60,163 bases of DNA from the NCBI GenBank assembly GCA_026415985.1, contig JAOAGA010000001.1:1-60163 (forward strand). Reading direction: 5' to 3'. The translations under genes and the position numbers were made by a program. Below the pieces are notes generated by a model. That model searched no databases, was not told where the DNA came from, and saw only the letters and a list, made by a program, of their open reading frames with translations. This document shows, one piece after another, positions 48,197 to 56,985 of this stretch. This DNA comes from Pseudomonadota bacterium. GTDB lineage: Bacteria; CALINM01. Every line of letters starts with the position of its first letter. Positions within the stretch are counted from its first letter, which is position 1.

Positions 48197-49114
48197 TTAC
48201 TGTATTTTATAAAATTTTACATTATTTCTGCCACTGTTTTTTGCAGTATAAAGGGCTGAATCCGCAAATCTTACCAGATCTTCAGGTTTTTCTGCAGATG
48301 CATCCGGATAGGAAACACAACCTAAACTTATCGTTACCTCGCCCTCTTTTTCTACATGTGCAAACTTATTATTTTCAACGGCCTTTCTGAGTCTTTCAGC
48401 TTCGTGTTTAGCGCCTTCATAGTTTGTGTGAGGTAATATTATTGCAAACTCTTCACCGCCATATCTCGCAAAAACATCGTGTTTTCTTATGTTTTGTCTG
48501 AGTAATTTTGCCAGATCAGCAAGAACCGCGTCTCCTATAAGATGGCCGTATTTGTCATTAATTTTTTTAAAAAAATCAATGTCTATCATTATTAATGAAA
48601 GGGAAGTGCCGTATCTTCTTGCCCTTTCGAACTCCTCTGTTAATCTTTTATAAAAATACCTGTGATTGTAAGCGCCTGTAAGCCCATCTGTAATAGCGAG
48701 AGTTTCTAATATAATATTTTTCTGTTTTAACTCTTCCTGAAGCTGTTTTAATTTGATCAAACCTTTCATCTTAGCTATCAGTATCTCTGTCTCAAAGGGT
48801 TTGGTTATATAGTCGTTTGCCCCTAAGCTTATACCTTCCAAGACATCTTCTTTTTCACTTTTTGCAGTAAGCATTATCACGGGAAGATCAATAAATTTTT
48901 CATCACTTCTAATCTTTTTCAGGACCTCAAAACCAGACATCTGAGGCATCATTACATCTAAAAGGAGAAGATCGTAGTTTGAATTATCAAGCTTTTTCAG
49001 ACCTTCTTCACCGGAATTGGCAGTATCTACATCAAAACTGTTGATGGATAAAAGCAATCTAATCATCATCAAAAACTCATCATCGTCATCTATTATCAGG
49101 ACTCTACCTGTCAT
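48197..49114 (-). CDS. response regulator-diguanylate cyclase (REC-GGDEF, PleD/WspR-like)
   Basis: REC domain (DLLLLDVMMPQMSG...KPF). GGDEF domain TDGLTGAYNHRYF...RKHDVFARYGGEEFAI with an RxxD I-site. Confidence 0.9.
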   Translation of the reverse strand: MTGRVLIIDDDDEFLMMIRLLLSINSFDVDTANSGEEGLKKLDNSNYDLLLLDVMMPQMSGFEVLKKIRSDEKFIDLPVIMLTAKSEKEDVLEGISLGANDYITKPFETEILIAKMKGLIKLKQLQEELKQKNIILETLAITDGLTGAYNHRYFYKRLTEEFERARRYGTSLSLIMIDIDFFKKINDKYGHLIGDAVLADLAKLLRQNIRKHDVFARYGGEEFAIILPHTNYEGAKHEAERLRKAVENNKFAHVEKEGEVTISLGCVSYPDASAEKPEDLVRFADSALYTAKNSGRNNVKFYKIQ

Positions 49115-49964
49115 TCAGAACACCTTTGAGATAATCTAATACTTCCTTGATGTCAAAGGACATACCTGTCCAAAGTTTAAAACTCTCAATCCCCTGATAT
49201 AAAAGCATATATATGCCGTCAACAGCGGTTATGTTTTTTTGCTTTGCTTCCTTTACAAAGGGGGTCTCATTGGTAGTATAAACCATATCAAAAATTTTAC
49301 AATAATCCCTGAGATAGCGGAAGTCAACGGGAAGGTTCTCGCCGTTAAGTCCTAAAGGAGTGGCATTTATAATTAAGTGTATCTCTTCGTTTTTTAGGGT
49401 ATTGTTTAAGTTCCCCCAATCTAAAAATCTTAAGTTCAGTTTCAGTTTTTCAATAGCCCAGTTATTTATATTTTGTTGTCTTTTTTTATCTCTGCATACT
49501 ACATATATATCCTTTCCGCCTAATTTGCTTACCGCGTAAACGGCAGCCCGCCCTCCACCGCCCGCTCCCAAAACGATGGTTTTTTTATTGGCAAGACTTT
49601 CTATATTTAATATAAATTTTATAACATTAACAACCCCCCAGATATCGGTGTTATAGCCATAACTTGCCTTGTCTTTAAAGCAAACCGTGTTTACCGCTTC
49701 TATCTCCTGTGCTATATCACTAAGATGGTCACAACATTTATATGCCTCTTCTTTAAAGGGTATAGTTACATTTAATCCGACAAAGTTCTCTACAGTTTGA
49801 ATACCTTTAAAAAAATTTTTAAAGTGAGCTAATTCTACCTGAAAGGGGATATATATATAATCAATTGCCAGTCTCTCAATCATATAGTTCTGAAAGAGAG
49901 GGGACAGACTGTGACTCACCGGGTTTCCCGCTATACCAAGAAGTTTTTTATAATTATTCTTCAT
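49104..49964 (-). CDS. aroE: shikimate dehydrogenase
   Basis: GNPVSHSLSPLFQN, NVTIPFKE, LGAGGGGRA. Confidence 0.9.
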   Translation of the reverse strand: MKNNYKKLLGIAGNPVSHSLSPLFQNYMIERLAIDYIYIPFQVELAHFKNFFKGIQTVENFVGLNVTIPFKEEAYKCCDHLSDIAQEIEAVNTVCFKDKASYGYNTDIWGVVNVIKFILNIESLANKKTIVLGAGGGGRAAVYAVSKLGGKDIYVVCRDKKRQQNINNWAIEKLKLNLRFLDWGNLNNTLKNEEIHLIINATPLGLNGENLPVDFRYLRDYCKIFDMVYTTNETPFVKEAKQKNITAVDGIYMLLYQGIESFKLWTGMSFDIKEVLDYLKGVLNDR

Positions 49965-51721
49965 ATATCTGTTACCCCCATTGATAAGGCGGACATTCTT
50001 AGTTCGGGAATTATCTCAACTGCTTTTTTAATGAACTTCTTGCCGTCACTGTCTCCTGCAAGAAGCAGGTTTACCCCCACATCAAAAAAACAGTATGCAT
50101 AAATAGATTTTGCCTTTTCTGTATCTAAGTCTTTTAGCTCATAAAAGTTCTCAAAGCCTCTTATAACCATATAATTAAATATATCCTTTTTTGATGATCT
50201 TGGAGTTTCGACATAGGTATAGATGAGGCCATCGGGGATGAAGATCATGCCCGGTATCAATACGGAATATTTTGTTGAGTAATCTATATGAACCTTTTTA
50301 GTGGCACTTAAATCTTTAATTAAAAACCTTAAGGCATTTTCTTGGTTTAATCCTGCTCCCCACATATAATACAGCTTGTTTTTTTCTACGAGGTTTATCT
50401 TGTCTGGTTCATTCCAATACCAATAGGCATCTATATGAGGTGTATGAACAAGGACAACGTCAGTTCTGTATTTCTCAACTCTTTGTAAATACCAGAGAGG
50501 AAAGGCTCCGCTGTCTCCCCATGTTAAGAGGACTGAGTTTCTCTCACAAGACTTAAGAACGTTTTTTGCATAATCATAGGCAATGTAATAGTCAGACCAG
50601 TCATTTTTCTTAAAATTGTAATAAATCATACTGATAAAAAATATAAAAATGAAAGAGATTATTGTATAAACTCTTTTAATTTTCGCCCTTTCAAAAATTG
50701 ATGATAACTCATAGATGGCTGAACCAACAAAGACCGATAATATCAGGTAGCCGGGTGTATGGAAACTTTCTAACAGAAAAATATTCTCTGGGATTGGATT
50801 TCCATAAATTACAACTCCAACATTTAATACTATTAAAACTATCAACGATACAAAGATAAAATCCTTTAACTTTTTAATTGCCATAATGAAACCAAAGATT
50901 ATAAAGAAAAGTGTTAATACACCAAACTCTCTGTACAGATTAAAGCTACCCATCTGTTCGAAGAACAAAGAAAGTGACCTTTCCGGTCCGGGAATTTTAT
51001 ACCCTTCCCTTAATATTACCCATAGAAACTGGGTAAAATATTGGGGATCACCCCAAACGAGTGCGTTAGTCTGCCAGGCTCTGAAGGGCAGGTGAAAGAG
51101 AGAAGTTAACCCTAACAGTATAAAAAATATTCCTAAAGATAATTGTCTGATATCAAAAAGAATTTTTCTTTCCTGCCTATAGGCAAAGTATATTATTACC
51201 GGAACCAATACCAAGGCGGTATAATGAGCTACTATACCTATTCCCACAAGAAAACAGGAAAAATACAAATACTGTCTTTTCATTGTGCTTTTATATTTAA
51301 AACATAGCAAAACTGCGGTAGCGATAATAAATGTTGATAGGCTGTAAACCTCTGCAACAACCGATTGAGACCAGTGGGTAAAGCTCAGGGCGAAGGCAAA
51401 AGAAGATGCTAATGAAATTAGCTCCTTTTTTTCATATTCTTTAAACACTTCCAGGGAGATAAGATATAAAACCAAACAACACAGAGAGCCAAAGACCGCT
51501 GAAAAGAGAGAAATCTTGAAAGGTATGCTTCCGATAGGGATATATTTAAAGATATGGGATAACAGGATATAAAGTGTATATCCGGGCGGATGGGATATGC
51601 CAAGAGAGTTTGAAGAGGAGATTAGCTCTCCACTGTCAAAAAAGCTTACCTGAGGACATAAAGTTATTAAATAGATAATGAAAGGGATAAAGAAGGACAG
51701 ATGAATTGAAATTTTTCTCAT
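49961..51721 (-). CDS. DUF2723 / TMEM260-like GT-C fold membrane glycosyltransferase (predicted)
   Basis: N-terminal FFDSGELISSSNSLGISHPPGYTLYILL matches the DUF2723 signature as I remember it. Roughly 11 TM segments, then a soluble C-terminal domain. Confidence 0.6.
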   Translation of the reverse strand: MRKISIHLSFFIPFIIYLITLCPQVSFFDSGELISSSNSLGISHPPGYTLYILLSHIFKYIPIGSIPFKISLFSAVFGSLCCLVLYLISLEVFKEYEKKELISLASSFAFALSFTHWSQSVVAEVYSLSTFIIATAVLLCFKYKSTMKRQYLYFSCFLVGIGIVAHYTALVLVPVIIYFAYRQERKILFDIRQLSLGIFFILLGLTSLFHLPFRAWQTNALVWGDPQYFTQFLWVILREGYKIPGPERSLSLFFEQMGSFNLYREFGVLTLFFIIFGFIMAIKKLKDFIFVSLIVLIVLNVGVVIYGNPIPENIFLLESFHTPGYLILSVFVGSAIYELSSIFERAKIKRVYTIISFIFIFFISMIYYNFKKNDWSDYYIAYDYAKNVLKSCERNSVLLTWGDSGAFPLWYLQRVEKYRTDVVLVHTPHIDAYWYWNEPDKINLVEKNKLYYMWGAGLNQENALRFLIKDLSATKKVHIDYSTKYSVLIPGMIFIPDGLIYTYVETPRSSKKDIFNYMVIRGFENFYELKDLDTEKAKSIYAYCFFDVGVNLLLAGDSDGKKFIKKAVEIIPELRMSALSMGVTDI

Positions 51722-52638
51722 TTAAGTATCAACCTCGCTTTTTTTATATCCTCGTATATCTGATTTTTTAAATCCTCAACATCTTTAAACTTTTCTATGC
51801 CTCTTATCCTCTCAACAAATTCAACTGTAATCTCTTTCCCGTATATATTATCATCAAAATCAAGAATATGAACCTCAAAATTTGGAGTTTCTATATGGAA
51901 GGTAGGAGATGGTCCAATAGTTACAAGGGCATTGTATTTTTTATTATCAAGAAAGGCATAGACTGCGTATACTCCTCTTCTTGGTATCAGATAGTCTGTT
52001 ATTAAAAGGTTAGCAGTAGGAAACCCGATTAATCTTCCGATTTTTCTACCCTTTATGACTATACCTTTTATTGTGTAGGGTCTGCCTAAAAAATTATTTG
52101 CGTTTTTTATAAGCCCTTCTTTAAGAAAACTTCTTATGTTTGTGGAACTTATAATTTTTCCATCTTCTTTAATCGGAGGAACAACCTGAACCTTAAAGTT
52201 ATAAGTACTGCCAAACTCTTTGAGAGTCTCTACAGAACCTTTCCTGTTTTTTCCAAAAGAAAAGTCATAACCTACAACTACTTCTTTTGCACCTATCTTA
52301 TCAACGAGAACTTTTTCTATAAAATCTTTAGCTGATATGTTTGAAAAGTTGTCATCAAACTTGATAACAAATACATAGGTGATACCAAGATCTTCAAGAA
52401 TCTTAATCTTATCGTTTAATGGAGTAATTTGTTCTATCTTGGTATAGGGGTTGACAACCGTGAGAGGATGGGGGTAAAAAGTTAAAACAGAAGGGTTACC
52501 ATGATTTTTTTCACTTTCATCTATAACTTTTTTAATAAGCTCTTTATGCCCCCTGTGAACACCATCAAAGTTTCCGATGGCTATTATTGGATTATCTATT
52601 TTCTCAATATTCTCTATACCTTCAAAGATTTTTATCAT
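51718..52638 (-). CDS. ribF: bifunctional riboflavin kinase / FMN adenylyltransferase
   Basis: IGNFDGVHRGH N-terminus; C-terminal kinase GFPTANL...GPSPTFH...EVHILDF. Confidence 0.95.
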   Translation of the reverse strand: MIKIFEGIENIEKIDNPIIAIGNFDGVHRGHKELIKKVIDESEKNHGNPSVLTFYPHPLTVVNPYTKIEQITPLNDKIKILEDLGITYVFVIKFDDNFSNISAKDFIEKVLVDKIGAKEVVVGYDFSFGKNRKGSVETLKEFGSTYNFKVQVVPPIKEDGKIISSTNIRSFLKEGLIKNANNFLGRPYTIKGIVIKGRKIGRLIGFPTANLLITDYLIPRRGVYAVYAFLDNKKYNALVTIGPSPTFHIETPNFEVHILDFDDNIYGKEITVEFVERIRGIEKFKDVEDLKNQIYEDIKKARLILK

Positions 52639-52808
52639 AACTTAGGCAATTTTAGCAATATTTTATGAAAAAAAAAACTTAAAAATCCTTTTTAATGAGG
52701 CTTAGAATTGTTTAATTTAACGGGTGGTCAGAACTACGGTTTATTTTATTTATCTTACTTAAAAAACACTTTAAATTAAAAAAGATTTATGTTATCCTAT
52801 AACAAACT

Positions 52809-53996
52809 ATGATAAAAAGGTTCTGTCTGTCACTTTTAATAATTTTTTTTTGTGTTAATAATCTTTTCGCTCAGAAATATTCGGTAATAATTCTTGACAT
52901 TAATGCACCGGAAGAACTAAATCTCGATAAACTCAAGCTTACCTACTCAATCAGGGAAGATATTACAAATAATGAGTATTTTGCAGTTCTTAACAGAAAT
53001 ACTTCAAACAATATGTTGAAGATGTCCGGCAATGGAAACGGATTATTCTATGTGAAGAAAAACAGGGACAAGATGGATTACCTGAGTGATGTTTTATTGC
53101 TAAATAATGTCGATTTTGCAATATCTACTGATATAGAAAAAAAGAATGGTAAATACCTATTGACAATACTTTTACAAAATTATGAAGGACCGCTTCTTTA
53201 CTTTTCCGAAGAGGTTTCCTCTGATGAAAAAGAGATAGAATCGAAAATCACAAAGATTATAAAAAAGATCAATGAGACCCTTAATCTTAATGAAAACCTT
53301 AATGAAAATCCCTATGAGTTTGAAGAAATGGTGTATATTCCAGCAGGAAAGGCAATAATCGGAAGTTTTAACGGAGAGACTGATGAAGCGCCACAAAGGG
53401 AGGTTTATGTAAGTGGTTTTTACATTGATAAATATGAGGTTACTAATGCCCAGTATAAGAGATTTGTCGATGCTACAGGAAGAAAGCCCCCTGAAAATGT
53501 TGTTAACCCTGAATACACCATCTGGAAAAACGGTTCCTATCCAGAGGAGTTAGCCTATCACCCTGTTGTTAATGTTACGTGGTATGATGCGAGGGACTAT
53601 TGCAACTGGGTTGGCAAGAGATTGCCAACAGCCATAGAGTGGGAAAAGGCAGCAAGAGGTCCCTATGGTAATATCTATCCATGGGGGAACGAGTATTTTG
53701 ATGGCTATGCCAATTTATATATGAAGGGTGTGTCATATGAAAAAAGACAGACCGTTCCTGTAGGAACCTTCACCAAGTCAAAAAGTTTTTACGGAATATT
53801 TGATATGGCGGGCAATGCCTGGGAATGGACCGATAGTTCCTCTTCAAAGGATATAGCCAAAAACGGCAATAAAAAAATCGTTAAAGGTGGCGGTTGGGGA
53901 TTTAACGGAAATAAATATACCGCCCGTTCTTCCTATAATTTATACTTCACGCCAGACTATACAAGTAACTGTTTAGGTTTCAGATGTGCCAAATAA
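52809..53996 (+). CDS. exported formylglycine-generating-enzyme-like (SUMF1/EgtB/PvdO family) protein with unknown N-terminal domain
   Basis: C-terminal 230 aa: YIDKYEVTNAQYKRFV, HPVVNVTWYDARDYCNWVGKRLPT..EWEKAARG, MAGNAWEWT, LGFRCAK. The N-terminal 165 aa are not recognised. Confidence 0.85.
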   Translation: MIKRFCLSLLIIFFCVNNLFAQKYSVIILDINAPEELNLDKLKLTYSIREDITNNEYFAVLNRNTSNNMLKMSGNGNGLFYVKKNRDKMDYLSDVLLLNNVDFAISTDIEKKNGKYLLTILLQNYEGPLLYFSEEVSSDEKEIESKITKIIKKINETLNLNENLNENPYEFEEMVYIPAGKAIIGSFNGETDEAPQREVYVSGFYIDKYEVTNAQYKRFVDATGRKPPENVVNPEYTIWKNGSYPEELAYHPVVNVTWYDARDYCNWVGKRLPTAIEWEKAARGPYGNIYPWGNEYFDGYANLYMKGVSYEKRQTVPVGTFTKSKSFYGIFDMAGNAWEWTDSSSSKDIAKNGNKKIVKGGGWGFNGNKYTARSSYNLYFTPDYTSNCLGFRCAK

Positions 53997-54001
53997 AATA
54001 A

Positions 54002-54808
54002 TCAGTATATAATTAACCCTGCGTAACCTACGACGTAATCGTAATCACCGCTCACCTCGCCTGAGGTGGCATACCTGATAAGTTCCCCTTTTGTGGCACC
54101 TAATGTCTTGCTCGCTTCAATACCGACTACAGCAGGTGACAACCCGCACATGGTAATATCCAGTTCTCTGCAAACATCGAAGAGTCCCTTGCTGTCAAGA
54201 TCCAATACCCTTTCAATTGCTCTTTTATCATTTTTTAAAGCCCAGTCGTGGCTTACATAATGAGACATATCGGAGCTTATTACTATCAATACCTCTTTAT
54301 CATAATCTCTAATAGCCTTTCCAATGGAAAGTCCAATCTCTCTCAGGTATTCATATTTTGAACTCATTATTGTAATTGGCACTATTGAAATATTTGGGTT
54401 TATTTCAACAAGGAATGGCAGCTGAACCTCTAAAGAATGCTCCTTTAAATGGGCAAGATAATCGTCTTCAATTAAACCATTACTTTTTATAATCAGATTT
54501 GCCAGTTTATTGTTAATAGGAACGTCCATAAAGGGGGTCTCCCAAATACCTTCAGTCATTATGGAAAAAAATCTTCCCATTCCGGTATGGTTGGGACCTA
54601 AAAGTATTATGTCATCAGGTATATTAACAGAAGAATAAACAATTCCGGCTACGCTACCAGAATAGACGTATCCTGCATGGGGAGCTATTAATGCCTTCAC
54701 AGATTTTTTGGGTAGATCTTTTTTAATAAACTCCTTTAACATGTTTTTAAGCTTAACAGGGTTTGATGGATAAAATTGCCCTGCAACTACTGTTTGTCTG
54801 ACTATCAT
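54002..54808 (-). CDS. MEMO1-family protein (AmmeMemoRadiSam system protein B)
   Basis: VAGQFYP, IAPHAGYVYSG, GPNH and SSDMSH motifs. Confidence 0.85.
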   Translation of the reverse strand: MIVRQTVVAGQFYPSNPVKLKNMLKEFIKKDLPKKSVKALIAPHAGYVYSGSVAGIVYSSVNIPDDIILLGPNHTGMGRFFSIMTEGIWETPFMDVPINNKLANLIIKSNGLIEDDYLAHLKEHSLEVQLPFLVEINPNISIVPITIMSSKYEYLREIGLSIGKAIRDYDKEVLIVISSDMSHYVSHDWALKNDKRAIERVLDLDSKGLFDVCRELDITMCGLSPAVVGIEASKTLGATKGELIRYATSGEVSGDYDYVVGYAGLIIY

Positions 54809-54916
54809 TAAGCACCTCTAATAAAAAATTATAATAGGTTACAAAAAAAAATCAAACCGTCTTGCTTTTTCTTTTTATTTGTATATTTTCAAAAAATGAA
54901 TATAATTTAATAAACA

Positions 54917-56650
54917 ATGAGATATTTAAAAACATTATATCTATTGCCATTAATTTTTTTCCTGTGCAATACAAAAGTTTCTGCTGAGTATTCAAAAAAA
55001 GTTGTTCTGATAGTGCATTCCTATCACCAGGGTTATGAATGGTCAGACGGAATACACAACGGACTTATAAATACTTTAAAAAACTTTAAAAATCTGGAGG
55101 TTTATGTTGAGTATTTAGATTTAGTCAGAAATAAAGAAACTGATGAATATACAAAGCTCTGGATAAATTTTTTAAAGGAAAAATATAAAGACAAAAAGAT
55201 TGATCTGTTAATCTCTGTTGATGACAACGCCTTCGAGTTCTTTATAAAACATAGAAGCACAATTTTTGGTAATATCCCGATGGTTTTTTGCGGTGTTAAT
55301 GATTTTACTAAGGAAATGTTGAAAAATAATAAAAATATTACCGGTGTTAACGAGCAGAAATCCATGGCAGAGACAATAGAGCTTGCCTTAAGATTATCTA
55401 AGGATGCGAAGAAATTGGGAGTTATAGCAGGCGATAGGATTTCCGAAAGAAAAAATCTTGAACAGTTTAAAAGAGATGTTAAGCCCTTTGAGAAAAAAAC
55501 AGAGATTATATATTTTAACCAAAGGGAGTTCGATGAGATATTAAAGGGGTTAGAAAACTTTGATGAGAAAGATGTGGTAATTTATTTATCATATTTAAGA
55601 TCTCCTTCCGGAAAGATTTTTGATAATACAGAAAACCTGAAGAGGATATCACAAAAGACGTCAGCAAGAGTTTTTACAGTTTCTGACCATATGGTAAAGG
55701 CAGATGTTATCGGTGGGAAGGTTACATATGCCTATAGTCAGGGGGAATCGGCAGGTAAAATGGCTATTGATATACTTATTAATGGCAAAAAGGCCGATGA
55801 AATACCAATTTTATATAAAAGCCCCAACAGGTTCGTTTTTAACGGTGGTGCCCTTATAAAACACAATATTTCTATTGCTACTCTACCAAAGGACTCTGTT
55901 ATTATTAATAAAACCGACCAATATATGACAGATCAGTGGAAGGAGGAAATAAAAAAGAGTTTTTTCGGATATGACCTATTCAGAAATCACGGAACGGTAA
56001 TGTTAATAATAGATCCAAGAACAGGAACGATTATAGATGCCAATGAGACAGCAAAACTATATTATGGTTATCCAAGACTAATTGGCAAAAAGATTCAGGA
56101 GATAAATACGCTTTCTGAGGAAGAAGTAAAAAAAGAGATGGCAAAGGCAAAGGAGCTCAAAAGAAACTATTTCAGCTTCAGACATAGATTGGCAAGTGGT
56201 GATATCAGAGATGTGGAGGTCTATTCATATCCAATAAAACTGGGAGAGGATAGCTTTCTTTTCTCTATAGTCTTTGATGTAACAGAAAAGCTTTTGGCAG
56301 AAAAAGAAAATGAAAAAGAGAAAAAAAGGGTTTTGCAGGTTCTTATCTCACTTCTTGTAATATCTGTTGCCTTTTTATTAATATTAGCATTATACATAAT
56401 AAACAGGAAAAGATATGAGAAAGATTTGACAGAAAAAAACAAGAGACTTGAAGAGGCACACCGTCAGATTAAGACATTGGAAGGTATCTTGCCTATATGT
56501 ATGCACTGTAAAAAGATCAGAGATGACAAAGGTTACTGGAATCAACTGGAGAAATATATATCACAGCATACCACCGCCCTTTTAAGTCACGGTTTATGTC
56601 CCGATTGTGCTAAAAAACATTACGGTGATTATTTAAAAAAGAATGAGTAG
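54917..56650 (+). CDS. membrane sensor: signal/anchor - ABC-substrate-binding-like domain - PAS - TM - coiled coil - Cys4 C-terminal module
   Basis: KVVLIVHSYHQGYEWSDG (ABC_sub_bind-like), a PAS domain (IIDANETAKLYYGYPRLIGKKIQEI...), a TM segment at aa 472-495, and the tail LPICMHCKKIRDDKGYWNQLEKYISQHTTALLSHGLCPDCAKK. Confidence 0.7.
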   Translation: MRYLKTLYLLPLIFFLCNTKVSAEYSKKVVLIVHSYHQGYEWSDGIHNGLINTLKNFKNLEVYVEYLDLVRNKETDEYTKLWINFLKEKYKDKKIDLLISVDDNAFEFFIKHRSTIFGNIPMVFCGVNDFTKEMLKNNKNITGVNEQKSMAETIELALRLSKDAKKLGVIAGDRISERKNLEQFKRDVKPFEKKTEIIYFNQREFDEILKGLENFDEKDVVIYLSYLRSPSGKIFDNTENLKRISQKTSARVFTVSDHMVKADVIGGKVTYAYSQGESAGKMAIDILINGKKADEIPILYKSPNRFVFNGGALIKHNISIATLPKDSVIINKTDQYMTDQWKEEIKKSFFGYDLFRNHGTVMLIIDPRTGTIIDANETAKLYYGYPRLIGKKIQEINTLSEEEVKKEMAKAKELKRNYFSFRHRLASGDIRDVEVYSYPIKLGEDSFLFSIVFDVTEKLLAEKENEKEKKRVLQVLISLLVISVAFLLILALYIINRKRYEKDLTEKNKRLEEAHRQIKTLEGILPICMHCKKIRDDKGYWNQLEKYISQHTTALLSHGLCPDCAKKHYGDYLKKNE

Positions 56651-56687
56651 TTTTCTGATGATTCCTATTAATCAAATCAAAAAAACC

Positions 56688-56715
56688 TTGAACTTATTTT
56701 TTTTTGATATATAAT
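56688..56715 (+). promoter_or_regulatory. candidate promoter of the riboswitch-cob operon
   Basis: TTGAAC (56688-56693), a 16-nt T-rich spacer, then TATAAT (56710-56715), about 25 nt upstream of riboswitch helix P1. Confidence 0.45.
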
Positions 56716-56734
56716 TGACCTAATAAAATTGTGA

Positions 56735-56985
56735 AACGAGCTTTAAAGCCTTAGGGAATCCTGTGAAAGTCAGGGGCTGCCCCGCAGCTGTAAGCGTGGA
56801 CGAAAACCCATAGAACCACTGTCTCAGGCAGGAGATGGGAAGGGGGTGAGTAGGATGAAACGCAAGCCAGAAGACCTGCTTTAAAGCATTATTGCACGTA
56901 CTCCTCGAGGGCGGAGAAAGGGCTCAGAATGAATTTTTTCTAACCCGGCTTCTCTAATTAAAAAGAGGGGTCGGGTTTTTTATTT
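56735..56985 (+). promoter_or_regulatory. cobalamin (AdoCbl-type) riboswitch with terminator expression platform
   Basis: P1 helix GCTTTAAAGC (56740-49) pairs with 56878-87. Conserved core GGGAATCCTGTGAAAGTCAGG, CTGCCCCGCAGCTGTAA and ACCACTG. B12 box AGCCAGAAGACCTGC at 56865-56879. Cobalamin biosynthesis genes lie downstream. Confidence 0.85.
56942..56985 (+). terminator. intrinsic terminator of the riboswitch expression platform
   Basis: AACCCGGCTTCTCT-aattaaaa-AGAGGGGTCGGGTT forms a 14-bp stem including G-U pairs, followed by TTTTTTATTT. Confidence 0.7.

Noticed and set aside
52639-52808. Possible FMN riboswitch or other leader RNA in the ribF/FGE divergent spacer.
   Set aside because: The conserved FMN-element sequences and convincing helices are absent. 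The spacer is mostly A/T homopolymer runs consistent with plain promoters.
53285-53308. 12-nt tandem duplication (cttaatgaaaac / cttaatgaaaat, LNEN x2) in the FGE-like gene.
   Set aside because: It is in-frame, has only two copies and lies in a linker, so it cannot act as a phase-variation switch.
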